From contig CAXRHT010000002.1 in the NCBI GenBank assembly GCA_964230645.1, forward strand, positions 480,001-544,000: 64,000 nucleotides of DNA. The letters run 5' to 3'. A model generated the notes under the pieces. The model made no database searches and was not told the DNA's origin. It was given only the letters and a program-made list of their open reading frames with translations. Source of the stretch: Bdellovibrionales bacterium (lineage in GTDB: Bacteria; Bdellovibrionota; Bdellovibrionia; Bdellovibrionales; JAGQZY01). The position numbers and the translations under genes were made by a program. Below, one piece after another: positions 39,201-48,726 of the stretch; the first letter of the stretch is position 1, and each line of letters starts with the position of its first letter.

Positions 39201-41675
39201 TATACCTATATTTCCACCGTCTTTAACAATCAAACGAGTGGAAGTATCATCTTGAACAACAATATCGCGATTGTTAGCTGCGGCGATTGTAAAGGAACTA
39301 TTTCCGGTCGAGAGCTTACCCACTTGAGCACTGTTTCTAAAGAAAGAGAGAGCTCGCTCAGAATCGGCCGTGCCACCAAATTGAAAGTCTCCACCTTCAA
39401 CGTGAAAACGCTGTCCAGGTGTAGCAGTTCCTATTCCTACATCTCCACTATCGGTAACTACAAATGAGGATGTGCCATTATCTTGAATTTGAAAATTATT
39501 AGTAGATGTTAAATTGAAAATCACATCTGATGAATCAACATCGACATTTGAACCATTATTATAGGCATCATCTAAACTCTGGGACTCAGAGGTCAAGTAA
39601 CCTGCAGTACTGTGATCTCCCCAGGCAAAGGCTTGATCCCAGTCAGACGAATTATTAGTAATGGCACTGTAGGTACCGGGTGAGGTGCGAACTAAAATAC
39701 CATTTCCAGACCACACATTATCAAGTTCGGTTCCCGTAATGCTTTGTAGAAAACCTTCACTTGTTGCAAAAGCTCCCACTTCACTTTGACTTAACACGAA
39801 ATTTGCTCGTGTCATTTCTTTTAAATTTCCAGCATCAGAGCTATCGCGAATAAGTATAGAGTCCGTTCCTTGCACGGTCGCTTCATCAGCCGTTCCTGCG
39901 ATATCAACATTCACTCCACTGCCATCAACACTAATCCCACTACCCGCTCGCACTTCAATATCATTGGCGTTCACAGTGATTCCGTTACCAGCCCCGATAT
40001 CAAAAGTTCTATTAGCGGAAAGGTCGCCGCCACCGGTTAAACCAGCTCCGGCCGTTAAATCTCGGCTCTCAGAAACATAATCAACAGGCTCTTTATCGAC
40101 CCAACTCAATACTCCTGCACCACTGGTTGAAAGAACCTGTCCGGCGGTACCGTCAGCAACGGGAAGAGTCCAAACAAAAGAGGACGGGGCTGTGACTGTG
40201 TTGGGAGCTTTAAATCCTATGTATCTTGTACCAGTATCTTGAAAACGAATTTCTGTAGTGACTCCAGCATTAAGATCCATGAGAAGATTTCCAGTCATCG
40301 AATCCCCGGATTTTGCTAGTTTTTCAGAGCTCAACTCTTCAATCCCAGCTTGCACGTTTGTGGCTACATCAACATCGCCACCATAGGTGTTATCAAAATC
40401 TATTTGTGAAGCATCGTAGTCACCAGCTGTGGCAACAACATTTCCAGATCTTCCAAAAACTTGTGTTACTCCCGCATTCACATCTTGCCATGAAAGAACC
40501 CCACTGCCATCAGTTTGTAAGTATTGACCGGGATCTCCATCATTATTTGGTAGAGTAAGATTAACATTTCCACCCAAAGTGGCTGGAGATTTTAAGGAGA
40601 CATATTCCGTTCCATTGGCAGAGTTTTCAAGAAGACGCAGTTCCATCTCGTTATTAACTTGAAGGTTACCACCTGAAATTAGACCATTGGTCACACCAAT
40701 GCCTCCACCCACAGTGACATTTCCGCCGGTTGTAATTTCATTAATATTGGTAATATTTTGATTTCCCATGTTTATGGGGCCGCTCATTGTACCACCGGCA
40801 GTCGGAAGTTTCGTAGTGTCATCGATTACACTTGTGATCCACTGAGTTCCATCCCAACTGATCACTTTACCGACGTCAGCACCACCAGCAAGGGAACCAA
40901 TATTTGTGGTATCAACAGCTCGGCCTCCAATATAACTTCTAGCGTGGCGCACGTTCACAGCATCTGTATCAGCACTGGGATTGGGATCATCTAAATTTAT
41001 GATTTTCTGGTTGTTGTTATCAACATCGGCCGTTGGAGCTCCCACTGAAAAACTAGAGCTTGTCCCATCAAGTAGAGCTTGCAGCTCTGTCCAATTGGCA
41101 TCATTAAACACAAAATTAAGGTTGTTTTGGGTAAGGTTAAAGCCCGTTCCATTATTAATTCGTAGAAGCTCTGAAGCGGTAATACCACTCACACTGGCTG
41201 CGCTCGCAGCATATGGGACACTCACCACGTTGTGATCCTGAGCAATGGTCACAGGACCTGAACCATCATCAAAAGTGATTCTTAGTTTTCTCCCATCACT
41301 GGGGTCAGGAGTATAAGTCGGCCCCGCAACACAATCATCAGGGCTGACGGCTCCTGTGAAATTATTGAGAGCATTGGTAAGAGTGTTGAGGTCTTGAAAA
41401 CTACCATCTCCGGGTCTTGCACCCTCTCCAACTGTTACGGCAAAAATTCCATTGGAGTTAATCATATTAAGCGTATGAGACTCTTCGTAAAGCACACAAA
41501 GCTCTGGTTCTGGAGAGAGTATTTCAATTTGAAATTGGACGTTGTTAGCTTCAAGGGCCTGGCCATTGGGTTTAATGATTTGACCTTGATAGGTAAAATA
41601 AGCAGGCGCCGCCCAGGCAAAAGCCGGAAATACTACCGAAAGTAAAAATATTGAAACTATTCTTTTTACGTGCAC
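33225..41675 (-). CDS. Giant mosaic trimeric fibre adhesin with C-terminal peptidase S74 intramolecular chaperone
   Basis: Signal peptide plus FTYQGQI N-domain, many G(N/D)VGIGT..P fibre repeats, WTHSSDRRLKEEI autocleavage motif, IGFIAQDVE..FPEVV, terminal coiled coil. Confidence 0.93.
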   Translation of the reverse strand: MHVKRIVSIFLLSVVFPAFAWAAPAYFTYQGQIIKPNGQALEANNVQFQIEILSPEPELCVLYEESHTLNMINSNGIFAVTVGEGARPGDGSFQDLNTLTNALNNFTGAVSPDDCVAGPTYTPDPSDGRKLRITFDDGSGPVTIAQDHNVVSVPYAASAASVSGITASELLRINNGTGFNLTQNNLNFVFNDANWTELQALLDGTSSSFSVGAPTADVDNNNQKIINLDDPNPSADTDAVNVRHARSYIGGRAVDTTNIGSLAGGADVGKVISWDGTQWITSVIDDTTKLPTAGGTMSGPINMGNQNITNINEITTGGNVTVGGGIGVTNGLISGGNLQVNNEMELRLLENSANGTEYVSLKSPATLGGNVNLTLPNNDGDPGQYLQTDGSGVLSWQDVNAGVTQVFGRSGNVVATAGDYDASQIDFDNTYGGDVDVATNVQAGIEELSSEKLAKSGDSMTGNLLMDLNAGVTTEIRFQDTGTRYIGFKAPNTVTAPSSFVWTLPVADGTAGQVLSTSGAGVLSWVDKEPVDYVSESRDLTAGAGLTGGGDLSANRTFDIGAGNGITVNANDIEVRAGSGISVDGSGVNVDIAGTADEATVQGTDSILIRDSSDAGNLKEMTRANFVLSQSEVGAFATSEGFLQSITGTELDNVWSGNGILVRTSPGTYSAITNNSSDWDQAFAWGDHSTAGYLTSESQSLDDAYNNGSNVDVDSSDVIFNLTSTNNFQIQDNGTSSFVVTDSGDVGIGTATPGQRFHVEGGDFQFGGTADSERALSFFRNSAQVGKLSTGNSSFTIAAANNRDIVVQDDTSTRLIVKDGGNIGIGTTNPNSRFHVEGEQTVADGGIHFLEQLELSVDPSSAGTNTSYIGRRTRVSGQGANSIIGGSISGSSIEVEHSGAGDVSGLYGSSIQVKKTGPGLSGANFGTFSAISNESTGTIGFSYNFYAMNSNSGGGTIGEAAGLYIADLSGDETYGVFQMHSSDKNYFAGNVGLGTTSPQSRLQVDGGVQIGDDLDACSATKQGTLKYVGGTVSFCDGTGWEAFGTASGGEVNTASSVGGATPIFKQKSGVDFEFRTIASANSKIGVSTVADVVTLTLDESQFNATAIPIGTTPLTATTLQAAIVELNSGKVASSTQIIAGGGLTGGGDLSTDRTLAVGAGNGINVNANDIEVTGGSAITVDGTGVNVDITNETAETSVAAGDEVLIYDASVGALRKMTRSNFVLSNAEVEAIIADDGYVIDGGNAPSGSLDVGTTNTQNLNFLTNNSTAMTIDTLGNIGIGTTVPERPLHVDGAVRIDPQALPGSPQAGDLAFDSADSNKLKFYDGSSWIDAGGSAGGSLWTDNAGDVFYNSGNVGIGTSTPNVVLDVIGESHAVFNRARTNNGNSSGAALRLTRSFDGGVGAAGIGVHQDFYVETSVEGNEQAVAQIGAAALDATSGAVDSYFYINTQNNGTAVEALRIDNLGSVGIGTTTPERLLHTDGPIRINPQALPGSPQAGDLAFDSADSNKLKFYDGSTWIEAGGSGGSGDFLADGSIPMTGALQADYGTTALPGIAFDGDEDTGFQGTGADQIWVSMGGNLSWLWGENFFRSQYVGGANIDGSLGSETDPTYSFVGDTNTGVFHPTSENLGFSTDGVERLRIDGVGNIGIGTTVPASLLDVSGTIRAEQICDEAGNNCQDISTGWTGGGGSGDFLADGSIPMTGDLTLDRRIIGGNPNNVIDTADAGGSRMTLRTSDADIHIRTINNNDIYFTTSANERMRISQNGNVGFGTTVPQSNVHIQSSTGAQLQVTGNGDLDTPSVALFETPSATTPSGFELQFDGDNGSDSLKFIGHLSGTSTTHMSIHRDSGNVGVGTTSPNEKLTLEGGMSFKEMTAPTTDVATYHKLYVDAADNKLKFRDEAGAVTDLLAGGGASSINDLNDATSNSNVLTMGDGVSSTVNSGVVLIGPSAGGSLSNGDNENTAVGSYAGFDIDSGDYNTTVGSLAIGGSGNGPQANMIGNTAVGYSTLYAQTGNYNIGIGYQAGYNSAMGSGDNNIFIGKDSGNFNFTFGSDNILIGTNTDVPFGSASNFINIGNTIYGDSSLGNVGIGTTAPERLLHVDGPIRVTPEALPGSPQAGDLAFDNADSNKLKYYDGSSWIDPAGGGGGEVNTASNVGGGQAIFKQKSAEDLEFKTLSSGSVRVSVLSNANEVSVDVNEGSIDHDNLSGFIANEHINHGSVNLTAGAGLNGGGDITSSRSFAVGAGAGINVNANDVEVNISGTTATTVRAGTDSLLIHDTSAGALRRITTSNFLSGYLQASIGTSAGDVMGADAVPHCDPDEKLEMSAGPSYFWSCVSAGGAASSLDAPDGTPTQVLSVDNDGEIVLGTGDGAIPTTTRLRGAAATGLDVPGGDLYIDASNGTGGGGSGDIIFRTAEASAAPIGVDYANISTSVTNSDSMSTSHTIPTKANGLLMVGVTIDSNDTVTTLTYNGIALTLLDARSNSSATRAEVWYMLNPPSGTHTLSLNLSGNDQVLMGAIYFYNVDQGAPFGTHSTNSGNGDPISGSVSSATDEYVFDVLASDSVASMTADGSQTELWNSSMSGLGQGAASIRAGDTTANVTWTLDGPETYAHIIVPIKPQNPGGTALPGDSNLLGERLRIDKDGNVGIGTDTPDEILTVYNGSTYGRYTTGGWTHSSDRRLKEEIQPMDSSLEKILQLKPVTYKYRTDREEKQQIGFIAQDVEPLFPEVVETDDEGLKSMIYSNLIAPVVKAIQELNRKIDKLFATQKKEAKEVDRLKRDLARQKIEHEEKVKKLESQNEQLEKRLEAIEKLIREEGQK

Positions 41676-41681
41676 ACAAAT

Positions 41682-41708
41682 TTATCGGCAGCAGAGATCA
41701 GAAATGAA
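41682..41708 (-). promoter_or_regulatory. Sigma28/FliA-like promoter of the fibre gene
   Basis: TTCA-N15-GCCGATAA; perfect -10 box, 6 nt upstream of the GTG start. Confidence 0.6.
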
Positions 41709-41987
41709 TAGTTAAAATACTTTTTATTGAGAATTCAGCGTGAAAATCTCAAGGCGATTCATTGAATTCAGTATATTGAGACATTTAGGGACTCAATTTG
41801 AGAGTTAAAAGTAAAAAAGTACACTTATCCTTTTTATTTCAGGCACTTAGAGTGTCTCTTTCCTAGACCAAAATCAAGAGAATATTCATTTTCAAAGGCG
41901 GACTTTTACCGAGAAATAAACCCGACTTTGCACTGCTAAAGACACTCACCTTTTGGCTATTAAACAAATTTAAATTAGAATCAAATC

Positions 41988-43040
41988 GTGGCAAAGTTTT
42001 TCCGAGAAACCAAAACATACTCCGAACTTAACCCTATTTCAGGCAAACAGTATTTTGTTTTCCTTCTTAAAACTCATATTCCCTTGGGGATCTCAGCTTT
42101 GCTCTTAGTGTTCTTACACAACTACCTTGCCGAAACGAATATTGGCCTTCAAACGTTATTTCTCCTCTTCTGCACTATTTCGTTTTTTGTTCTAGGAATA
42201 GTTGTAGGCGAACTCACAATTCAATACACGTGGGCTCGTTTAAAATCGATCGACCCTGAGTACCCGGGAGGATTACTTCACTCCATTTTGCTTTATGGAG
42301 CCCTTCCTTTTACTTTAACGACATTCTTTTTAATTTTTAAAAAGCCAAAATCAATGATGGGTAAATTGAATAAGCTCGTTTGGACTCTTCTAAAATTTTA
42401 CACGGCAACAGTTCTCTCACTACTGCTAGTTCTTGCGATTTTAGTTGATAAAAACGAAACAAGAGCAATGATTGGCACAAACGCCGCCTATTACCTTAGT
42501 GGTCCAGCGACGTTTTATATTTTGCATTTTCTCACTGAAACAGCTCAAGCCCATGAATTCAAAGATAAGACTCGTGATTTACCCTACGATAAGCTTTTTC
42601 CAAAACTTCAAGAAAGATGTCATACCCAAAGAACCTCCACTGTTTCTTACCAAATAGTTGGTGCAGCGGCCCTATTGAAAACAAAAAGTAAAAAAGATAT
42701 AGACCGAGACGAACTCTTCCGATTAAACAAAGATCTGTTAAAAATGGTAAATGAATGTTCACCCAGTCGATTAACCCTTAATTTATATAATCCTATTTGG
42801 GCATTTTCAGAAGTGACTCTAGCAGAGGCATCTGCCATGTTAATGGTTGAAAGATTTATTAACAATTTAACTATTTTAATTTTTTGGCCAGACAAAATCC
42901 CTCTCGATCGCAAAGGAAAATTGAGTGAAGTTCAAAAAAATAAAATTGAGGAATTAAAAAAAGCTTCACCTGTCTACCATAGAGCGAAACAATTAAAACA
43001 GTATCCAATTTTAAATTGGATTCATGAACTTTTGCATTGA
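41988..43040 (+). CDS. Hypothetical membrane protein
   Basis: 350-aa ORF with four or five N-terminal TM segments. Confidence 0.7.
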   Translation: MAKFFRETKTYSELNPISGKQYFVFLLKTHIPLGISALLLVFLHNYLAETNIGLQTLFLLFCTISFFVLGIVVGELTIQYTWARLKSIDPEYPGGLLHSILLYGALPFTLTTFFLIFKKPKSMMGKLNKLVWTLLKFYTATVLSLLLVLAILVDKNETRAMIGTNAAYYLSGPATFYILHFLTETAQAHEFKDKTRDLPYDKLFPKLQERCHTQRTSTVSYQIVGAAALLKTKSKKDIDRDELFRLNKDLLKMVNECSPSRLTLNLYNPIWAFSEVTLAEASAMLMVERFINNLTILIFWPDKIPLDRKGKLSEVQKNKIEELKKASPVYHRAKQLKQYPILNWIHELLH

Positions 43041-43072
43041 ATAAAGATCAGACCTACCGAGGGAAAGAAACT

Positions 43073-43258
43073 CTAGCAGCTCACTCTGTGTTTGGCTTTT
43101 TCGCACTTGTCTTTTTTGGAGCAAAACGCACAGTCTTCACCCATGATTTGGCCAAGTCCGCCGCAGGAGCCTTTGAGTCTTTTATTGGAAAAGATCACTC
43201 CCACTCCCATGAAAACGAAGAAAAGAGCGAGTACTAAAAATGTCACAACATAAATCAT
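43073..43258 (-). CDS. nqrM: Na+-NQR maturation factor
   Basis: TM helix, then GVIF..KRLKGSCGGL and C..C..C; follows apbE. Confidence 0.9.
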   Translation of the reverse strand: MIYVVTFLVLALFFVFMGVGVIFSNKRLKGSCGGLGQIMGEDCAFCSKKDKCEKAKHRVSC

Positions 43259-44280
43259 AGTGGTTTTCCTCGTTTTTTAAACTCAGTGGTCATTTGCACC
43301 TGAGTTTGGGCCTGATCACTTTCCTTATCGGCAACGATCAATAAGGCGGCTATATCATTGCCCTCGGCGTACTTAAAAGCTTTTTCTGCCCCCATAACCA
43401 TGAGGGCTGTGGCTAGAGCGTCAGCTCTTACACATTCATCAGCAATTATACTAACAGATAATAGCTCACTTTGCACGGCCTGACCGGTTTTGCGATCAAT
43501 AGTGTGTGGGTAGGTTTTTCCCTCAGACTCAAAGTAGTTACGGTAATTACCAGAAGTCGCGAGCGCTCCATCTCTTAAAGCCATAATTTGTTGTACCGAT
43601 CGGCCTGATTTTGTAGGCTTTTCAATGGCCACCACCCAAGGCTCTCCGAGCTTTGTCCCTCTGGCACGAAGCTCCCCTCCAATTTCAACTAAGTGATTTC
43701 CAAGGCCTTCTTCTACTAGTAGATTGGAGAGAACATCCACTCCGAAACCCTTAGCCGAGGCTGAGAGATCCAGGTAAACCGAGGCTAGATCTTTTTTGAC
43801 AAGCCACATTTTGTTCTCTTTTTTTAATTGGATTTTTTCAAAGCCCACTAATTTTTGAGTGGCTTTGATTTCCTCAGGGCTTGGGACTTCTTTAGATTTT
43901 TTAGGACCAAATCCCCAAAGATTCACCAGTGGCCCAATGGTAGGATCAAAGGCTCCACTGGTTTTTTTTGCCAGGTCAAGAGACACAAAAAGAGTTTCAC
44001 CAAACCAGGGACTGATCTTCTGCCACTCTTTAGCTCTAGACTGATTAAAATTGGTGATTTCCGAATCGGCCTCATAGGTCGACATCTGACGGTTCACTTC
44101 TTTGAGAGCTTTGGTGATTTTAGCCTCAACCGGGATAGGATCAAAATCACTCAGCGCGGTGAACTTAACCAGGAAGCGAGTACCCATAGTGGCCCCCGAA
44201 ACTTCAAAGACTTTGTTTTTGTTCTCACTTGTACAACCAATTAAAAATAGAAATACGACAGAGAACAAAAATCTTTTCAT
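43255..44280 (-). CDS. apbE: FAD:protein FMN transferase lipoprotein
   Basis: LIGC lipobox, GATMGT, FDPTIGPLVNLWGFG, AKGFGVD, ATSGNYRNY, ADALATA. Confidence 0.95.
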   Translation of the reverse strand: MKRFLFSVVFLFLIGCTSENKNKVFEVSGATMGTRFLVKFTALSDFDPIPVEAKITKALKEVNRQMSTYEADSEITNFNQSRAKEWQKISPWFGETLFVSLDLAKKTSGAFDPTIGPLVNLWGFGPKKSKEVPSPEEIKATQKLVGFEKIQLKKENKMWLVKKDLASVYLDLSASAKGFGVDVLSNLLVEEGLGNHLVEIGGELRARGTKLGEPWVVAIEKPTKSGRSVQQIMALRDGALATSGNYRNYFESEGKTYPHTIDRKTGQAVQSELLSVSIIADECVRADALATALMVMGAEKAFKYAEGNDIAALLIVADKESDQAQTQVQMTTEFKKRGKPL

Positions 44281-45500
44281 TACCCACCAAAGTCATCAAG
44301 CATGATGTCTTCCGGTTCAACCCCAAGGTTGATAAGCATATCAATCACACTTTTGTTCATCATAGGTGGTCCACAAATGTAGTACTCACAATCCTCTGGT
44401 GCTGGGTGATCTTTTAAGTAGTTGTCTAAAAGAACTTGGTGAATAAAGCCTGTGTAACCCGTCCAGTTATCCGACTCTAAAGGTTCAGAAAGGGCCACAT
44501 GCCATTCAAAATTGGGATTCTCTTTAGCAATTTCGTCGAAATCTTCCTCATAGAACATTTCTCTTTTCGAGCGAGCTCCGTACCAAAAACTCACCTTGCG
44601 ATCGGTTTTAATTCTGCGGAACTGATCAAAGATGTGAGAACGCATGGGAGCCATTCCCGCTCCACCACCGATAAAGATCATTTCTTTTTTTGTTTGTCTG
44701 GCGAAGAATTCCCCAAACGGCCCGGAAATGGTGACTTCATCGCCTGGCTTAAGATTATAGATGTAAGATGACATTTTGCCTGGAGGAGCGGCGACTTTTT
44801 GAGGAGGTGTGGCAATACGCACATTGAGCATAATCATGCCTTCTTCCTCAGGGTAGTTGGCCATAGAGTAGGCTCTGACCGTTTCATCAGGAACATAGGA
44901 CTCGTATTTCCACAGATCAAACTTATCCCAGTCCTCTCTGTATTCTTGGCCCACTTCAAAATCTTTAAATTTAATATTAAGTCCTGGAGGTCTTTCGATC
45001 TGAATAAACCCTCCTGCGCGAAACGGAACAGCCTCGCCCGCAGGAAGTTCTAACACCAATTCTTTAATAAAAGTGGCCACAGCATCATTAGACCGGACTT
45101 TACAAACCCATTTTTTAACCCCAAAGACTTCTTCAGGCACTTCGATTTTCATATCGCGCTTTACGGCCACCTGACAGGAAAGGCGGCAACCCTGACGGGC
45201 CTCTCCGATAGAGATATGAGACTTCTCGGTTTCAAGAATATCCCCGCCCCCTTCAAAAATGTTGACCTTACACTGAGCGCAGGTTCCCCCGCCCCCACAA
45301 GCACTGGATACAAAAAGTTTATTGTCAGCCAGAACATTAAGAAGTTTTCCTCCAGCGGGAACAGTGATGTCTTTTTCACCGTTGATGTTGATCTTAACAT
45401 CTCCTGAGGAAACAAGCCTTGATTTTGCGGCAAGAATAATAGCCACCAATCCCAAAACGATGGCGGTGAACATTGTTACGCCTATGATAATAACTGTCAT
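44280..45500 (-). CDS. nqrF: Na+-translocating NADH:quinone reductase subunit F
   Basis: [12 protein letters not shown] 2Fe-2S motif, [22 protein letters not shown]-terminal DDFGG. Confidence 0.97.
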   Translation of the reverse strand: MTVIIIGVTMFTAIVLGLVAIILAAKSRLVSSGDVKININGEKDITVPAGGKLLNVLADNKLFVSSACGGGGTCAQCKVNIFEGGGDILETEKSHISIGEARQGCRLSCQVAVKRDMKIEVPEEVFGVKKWVCKVRSNDAVATFIKELVLELPAGEAVPFRAGGFIQIERPPGLNIKFKDFEVGQEYREDWDKFDLWKYESYVPDETVRAYSMANYPEEEGMIMLNVRIATPPQKVAAPPGKMSSYIYNLKPGDEVTISGPFGEFFARQTKKEMIFIGGGAGMAPMRSHIFDQFRRIKTDRKVSFWYGARSKREMFYEEDFDEIAKENPNFEWHVALSEPLESDNWTGYTGFIHQVLLDNYLKDHPAPEDCEYYICGPPMMNKSVIDMLINLGVEPEDIMLDDFGG

Positions 45501-45514
45501 CGCTTAAACCCCTC

Positions 45515-46123
45515 TTAGAGCTGAATTCCTGAAAATGCTAAAAACCCAAGGGCCATCAAACCCACCGTCATAAATGTAATTCCTAGTCCGCGCAGTCCCG
45601 GGGGTATGTCCGAGTACTTAAGCTTTTCCCTAATTCCAGCCAGTGCCATAATTGCAATAGCCCAACCAAAACCGGAGCCGAGCCCAAAAGTTACCGACTC
45701 AGCGAAGTTGTAGTCTCTTTCCACCATAAAAAGCGAGCCACCAAGAATGGCACAGTTCACGGTAATAAGCGGAAGGAAAATTCCCAGAGCGTTGTAGAGA
45801 CTTGGAACATATTTATCCAGAGTCATCTCAAGGATCTGTACCATCGCGGCGATCACCCCAATGTAGGAGATAAGCCCAAGGAAACTTAAGTCCACTCCTT
45901 CTACTCCGGCCCAGGTTAGAGCATTTTCTTTGAGTAGATAGTTATAAATTAAGTTGTTTACTGGCACCGTGATTGTTTGCACCACCACAACGGCAATTCC
46001 TAAACCGATAGCTGTTTTTACCTTTTTAGAAACGGCCAAAAAGGTACACATTCCTAAAAAGAAAGCTAGGGCAAGGTTTTCAATAAAAGCGGCTTTTATA
46101 AATAGATTAAAATAATGAACCAT
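45515..46123 (-). CDS. nqrE: Na+-NQR subunit E
   Basis: [30 protein letters not shown]. Confidence 0.97.
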   Translation of the reverse strand: MVHYFNLFIKAAFIENLALAFFLGMCTFLAVSKKVKTAIGLGIAVVVVQTITVPVNNLIYNYLLKENALTWAGVEGVDLSFLGLISYIGVIAAMVQILEMTLDKYVPSLYNALGIFLPLITVNCAILGGSLFMVERDYNFAESVTFGLGSGFGWAIAIMALAGIREKLKYSDIPPGLRGLGITFMTVGLMALGFLAFSGIQL

Positions 46124-46128
46124 CTCTA

Positions 46129-46752
46129 TTAACTCTCTTCAATCTGTTCAGGTTTCCAAGTTCTCAAAGCCCAAATAAAAAATCCAATAAGGAAGAAGGC
46201 CGAAGGCGCAAGAAGTGCCAGACCATTGGGCTGAAAGGATCCACCTTCAGTCGTTGTTTTTAAAATTGTGTAACCAAGAATTTTTCCGGAACCAAAGAGC
46301 TCTCTAAAAGCGGCGACGAAAATAAGGACCACACTGTAGCCGAGTCCGTTTCCGATACCATCAAGGAGACTCATAAAAGGTGGGTTTTTCATGGCGTAAC
46401 CCTCAGCCCGCCCCATCACAATACAGTTAGTAATAATGAGACCAATGAAGACTGACATTTCTTTAGCCACGCCAAACACATAGGCTTTTAAAACCTGGTC
46501 AGTCATAATCACTAAAGAGGCAATGATTGTCATCTGCACGATAATACGAATACTTGAGGGGATATAGTTTCTAATCAAACTCACTGAAAAGTTTGAAAGG
46601 GCTGTCACCACGACCACGGCAATACACATCACAAGTGTTTTATCCATTTTTGTGGTGACCGCGAGAGCTGAACAAATTCCAAGAATTTGTAGAGCAATGG
46701 GGTTGTTATCAAAAAGTGGCTCAAAAAGGGCTTCTTTAACTTTCTTTATCAT
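46129..46752 (-). CDS. nqrD: Na+-NQR subunit D
   Basis: [32 protein letters not shown]. Confidence 0.97.
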   Translation of the reverse strand: MIKKVKEALFEPLFDNNPIALQILGICSALAVTTKMDKTLVMCIAVVVVTALSNFSVSLIRNYIPSSIRIIVQMTIIASLVIMTDQVLKAYVFGVAKEMSVFIGLIITNCIVMGRAEGYAMKNPPFMSLLDGIGNGLGYSVVLIFVAAFRELFGSGKILGYTILKTTTEGGSFQPNGLALLAPSAFFLIGFFIWALRTWKPEQIEES

Positions 46753-47531
46753 TGTTCACTCTTCCTAAGTTCGTTTTCAATAAATGGTTTGAATCCGTTT
46801 TCACCAAGCCAGTAACGTAAGAGATTCTCTACACCGTTACTGGTAATGGTGGCGCCAGAAAGACCATCGACTTTATACTCTTTATCTGGATCACTGGAAT
46901 CAACCGAGCCTTTAACCACTTGAATTTGTGGCTCTAGGTTTTCATCATAGATTTTCTTTCCAGCCCACTGCGCTTTCCAACTTGGGTTATCCACCTCTCC
47001 ACCAAGGCCCGGGGTTTCGGCGTGTTCGTAAAACCCAAGACCACGCACGGTCTGAAAATCCGGAGACATGGCTAAGAAACCATAAAGGGTGGACCAGAGG
47101 CCTTTCCCGTTCACGGGAAGGATGTACATTTGGATTTGCTCACCGTCCATGACCTTATAGATGCGAGCGTATTTTGAGCGACGCTTAATTTTGGCAAGAT
47201 CTGCGCTCCCTGCAATATCAACACTGAAATTAGGGTGCTTGGCCGCTTTCCTTTGATCAAAATTCTCAGGTGGATCTTCTAGCTCTTCTCCTGTGGCTAG
47301 ATCAATGATCTCAGAATTTACTTTTTCAAAGATCTCTAGCACTTCTTCTTTGTCGGCTTTTGGATCTTTCAAAAGACCTGAGGAGAGAAGCATATTCTTT
47401 TTCATATCGTATTTTTTATTGGCTTCCTGCAGAGGTTTCAAAAGTACCGCGGCACTAGCCACGAGTACGGAACAAACCACACACAAAATGGCTGCAATCG
47501 TTAGAGTTCCGGCTACACTATCCTTTTGCAT
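46749..47531 (-). CDS. nqrC: Na+-NQR subunit C
   Basis: [30 protein letters not shown]-attachment motif; ATG at 47531. Confidence 0.96.
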   Translation of the reverse strand: MQKDSVAGTLTIAAILCVVCSVLVASAAVLLKPLQEANKKYDMKKNMLLSSGLLKDPKADKEEVLEIFEKVNSEIIDLATGEELEDPPENFDQRKAAKHPNFSVDIAGSADLAKIKRRSKYARIYKVMDGEQIQMYILPVNGKGLWSTLYGFLAMSPDFQTVRGLGFYEHAETPGLGGEVDNPSWKAQWAGKKIYDENLEPQIQVVKGSVDSSDPDKEYKVDGLSGATITSNGVENLLRYWLGENGFKPFIENELRKSEQ

Positions 47532-48726
47532 AACGCATCTTCCTTCTTTTAATATTCGCAGACACCACAAAATAATCGATCAGCGGAGCAAACACGTTTC
47601 CAAATAAAATCGCCAACATCACACCCTCGGGGTAAGCCGGGTTGATTGAGCGCACAACAATGGTCATAAAACCAATCAGAGCTCCGTAAACCCACATCCC
47701 TTTTGTGGTCATGGCTGAACTCACGGGATCAGTAGCCATGAAAATACAACCAAAAGCAAATGAGCCAATCACAAGGTGCCACTCAGGCCCTAGTTGAAAC
47801 ATGGGGTTAGCGTCCGAGGCGAAAATCTTGAGAAGTGAAGACATCCCCACCATTCCAAGAGTCATGGAGAGCATAATTCGCCACGATCCAATGCCGGTGG
47901 CTATAAGAATGGCGGCACCGATTAGGCAAGCAAGAGTTGAGGTTTCTCCCATGGAACCTGGAATAAATCCAAGAAAAGAGTCCCACCATGAATAAGTCAG
48001 GTTGCTCGGTCCACCGTTAGCAGCTTCGGCTAGCATTGTGGCCCCAGAATAACCGTCAGCAGCAATCCAAACTTTGTTCCCTGAAATTTGGGCGGGATAA
48101 GCAAAGAAAAGAAAAGCACGGGCTGTAAGGGCGGGGTTTAAAAAGTTTTTGCCGGTTCCTCCGAAAATTTCTTTTCCAACAACCACTCCAAAAATAATTC
48201 CAACGGCCACCTGCCAAAGAGGAATGGAAGCTGGGAGGGTGAGTGGATAGAGAAGACCAGTGACAAGAAAGCCCTCGTTGACTTCATGTCTTCTGACGGT
48301 GGCAAAGACCACCTCGCACAGTCCTCCGGCCATATTGGCGACTAAAAAGACTGGGACAAAATAAAGAGCTCCCAAATAAAAACAACTCAAAATATTTTGG
48401 GGATCAACTGAAGGGTAGATGAAATGAAAGAGCATTCCACGCCACCCATCAACACTCTCCGCTCCCATTTTCATAAGAGCGATTTGAGATTGGTAGCCCG
48501 TATTATAGAGAGCCATGAAAATAGCTGGGATCAAAGCCACAGCCACTGTGATCATCATTCTTTTTAGATCGATACCGTCTCGAACATGAACCCCACCTTC
48601 GGTGGTTTCACCCGGGGTATAGAGAAAGGTATCAACGAGTTCGTAGAGGGGATAAAAGAATTCAAGCTTCCCCCCCTTTGCAAAGTGCTTATGTTGAGAG
48701 TCCAGAATATTGCGCAGGGGCTTCAT
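47518..48726 (-). CDS. nqrB: Na+-NQR subunit B
   Basis: [35 protein letters not shown]. Confidence 0.97.
   Translation of the reverse strand: MKPLRNILDSQHKHFAKGGKLEFFYPLYELVDTFLYTPGETTEGGVHVRDGIDLKRMMITVAVALIPAIFMALYNTGYQSQIALMKMGAESVDGWRGMLFHFIYPSVDPQNILSCFYLGALYFVPVFLVANMAGGLCEVVFATVRRHEVNEGFLVTGLLYPLTLPASIPLWQVAVGIIFGVVVGKEIFGGTGKNFLNPALTARAFLFFAYPAQISGNKVWIAADGYSGATMLAEAANGGPSNLTYSWWDSFLGFIPGSMGETSTLACLIGAAILIATGIGSWRIMLSMTLGMVGMSSLLKIFASDANPMFQLGPEWHLVIGSFAFGCIFMATDPVSSAMTTKGMWVYGALIGFMTIVVRSINPAYPEGVMLAILFGNVFAPLIDYFVVSANIKRRKMRYAKG

Noticed and set aside
34418..41645. Many short antisense and alternate-frame ORFs within the fibre gene (also in nqr, katG, rimK)
   Set aside because: Shadow ORFs of long genuine genes with no independent evidence.
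33225..41675. Prophage suggested by the tail-fibre/S74 domain
   Set aside because: The protein has a Sec signal peptide and no other phage genes are nearby; it fits a host-encoded fibre.
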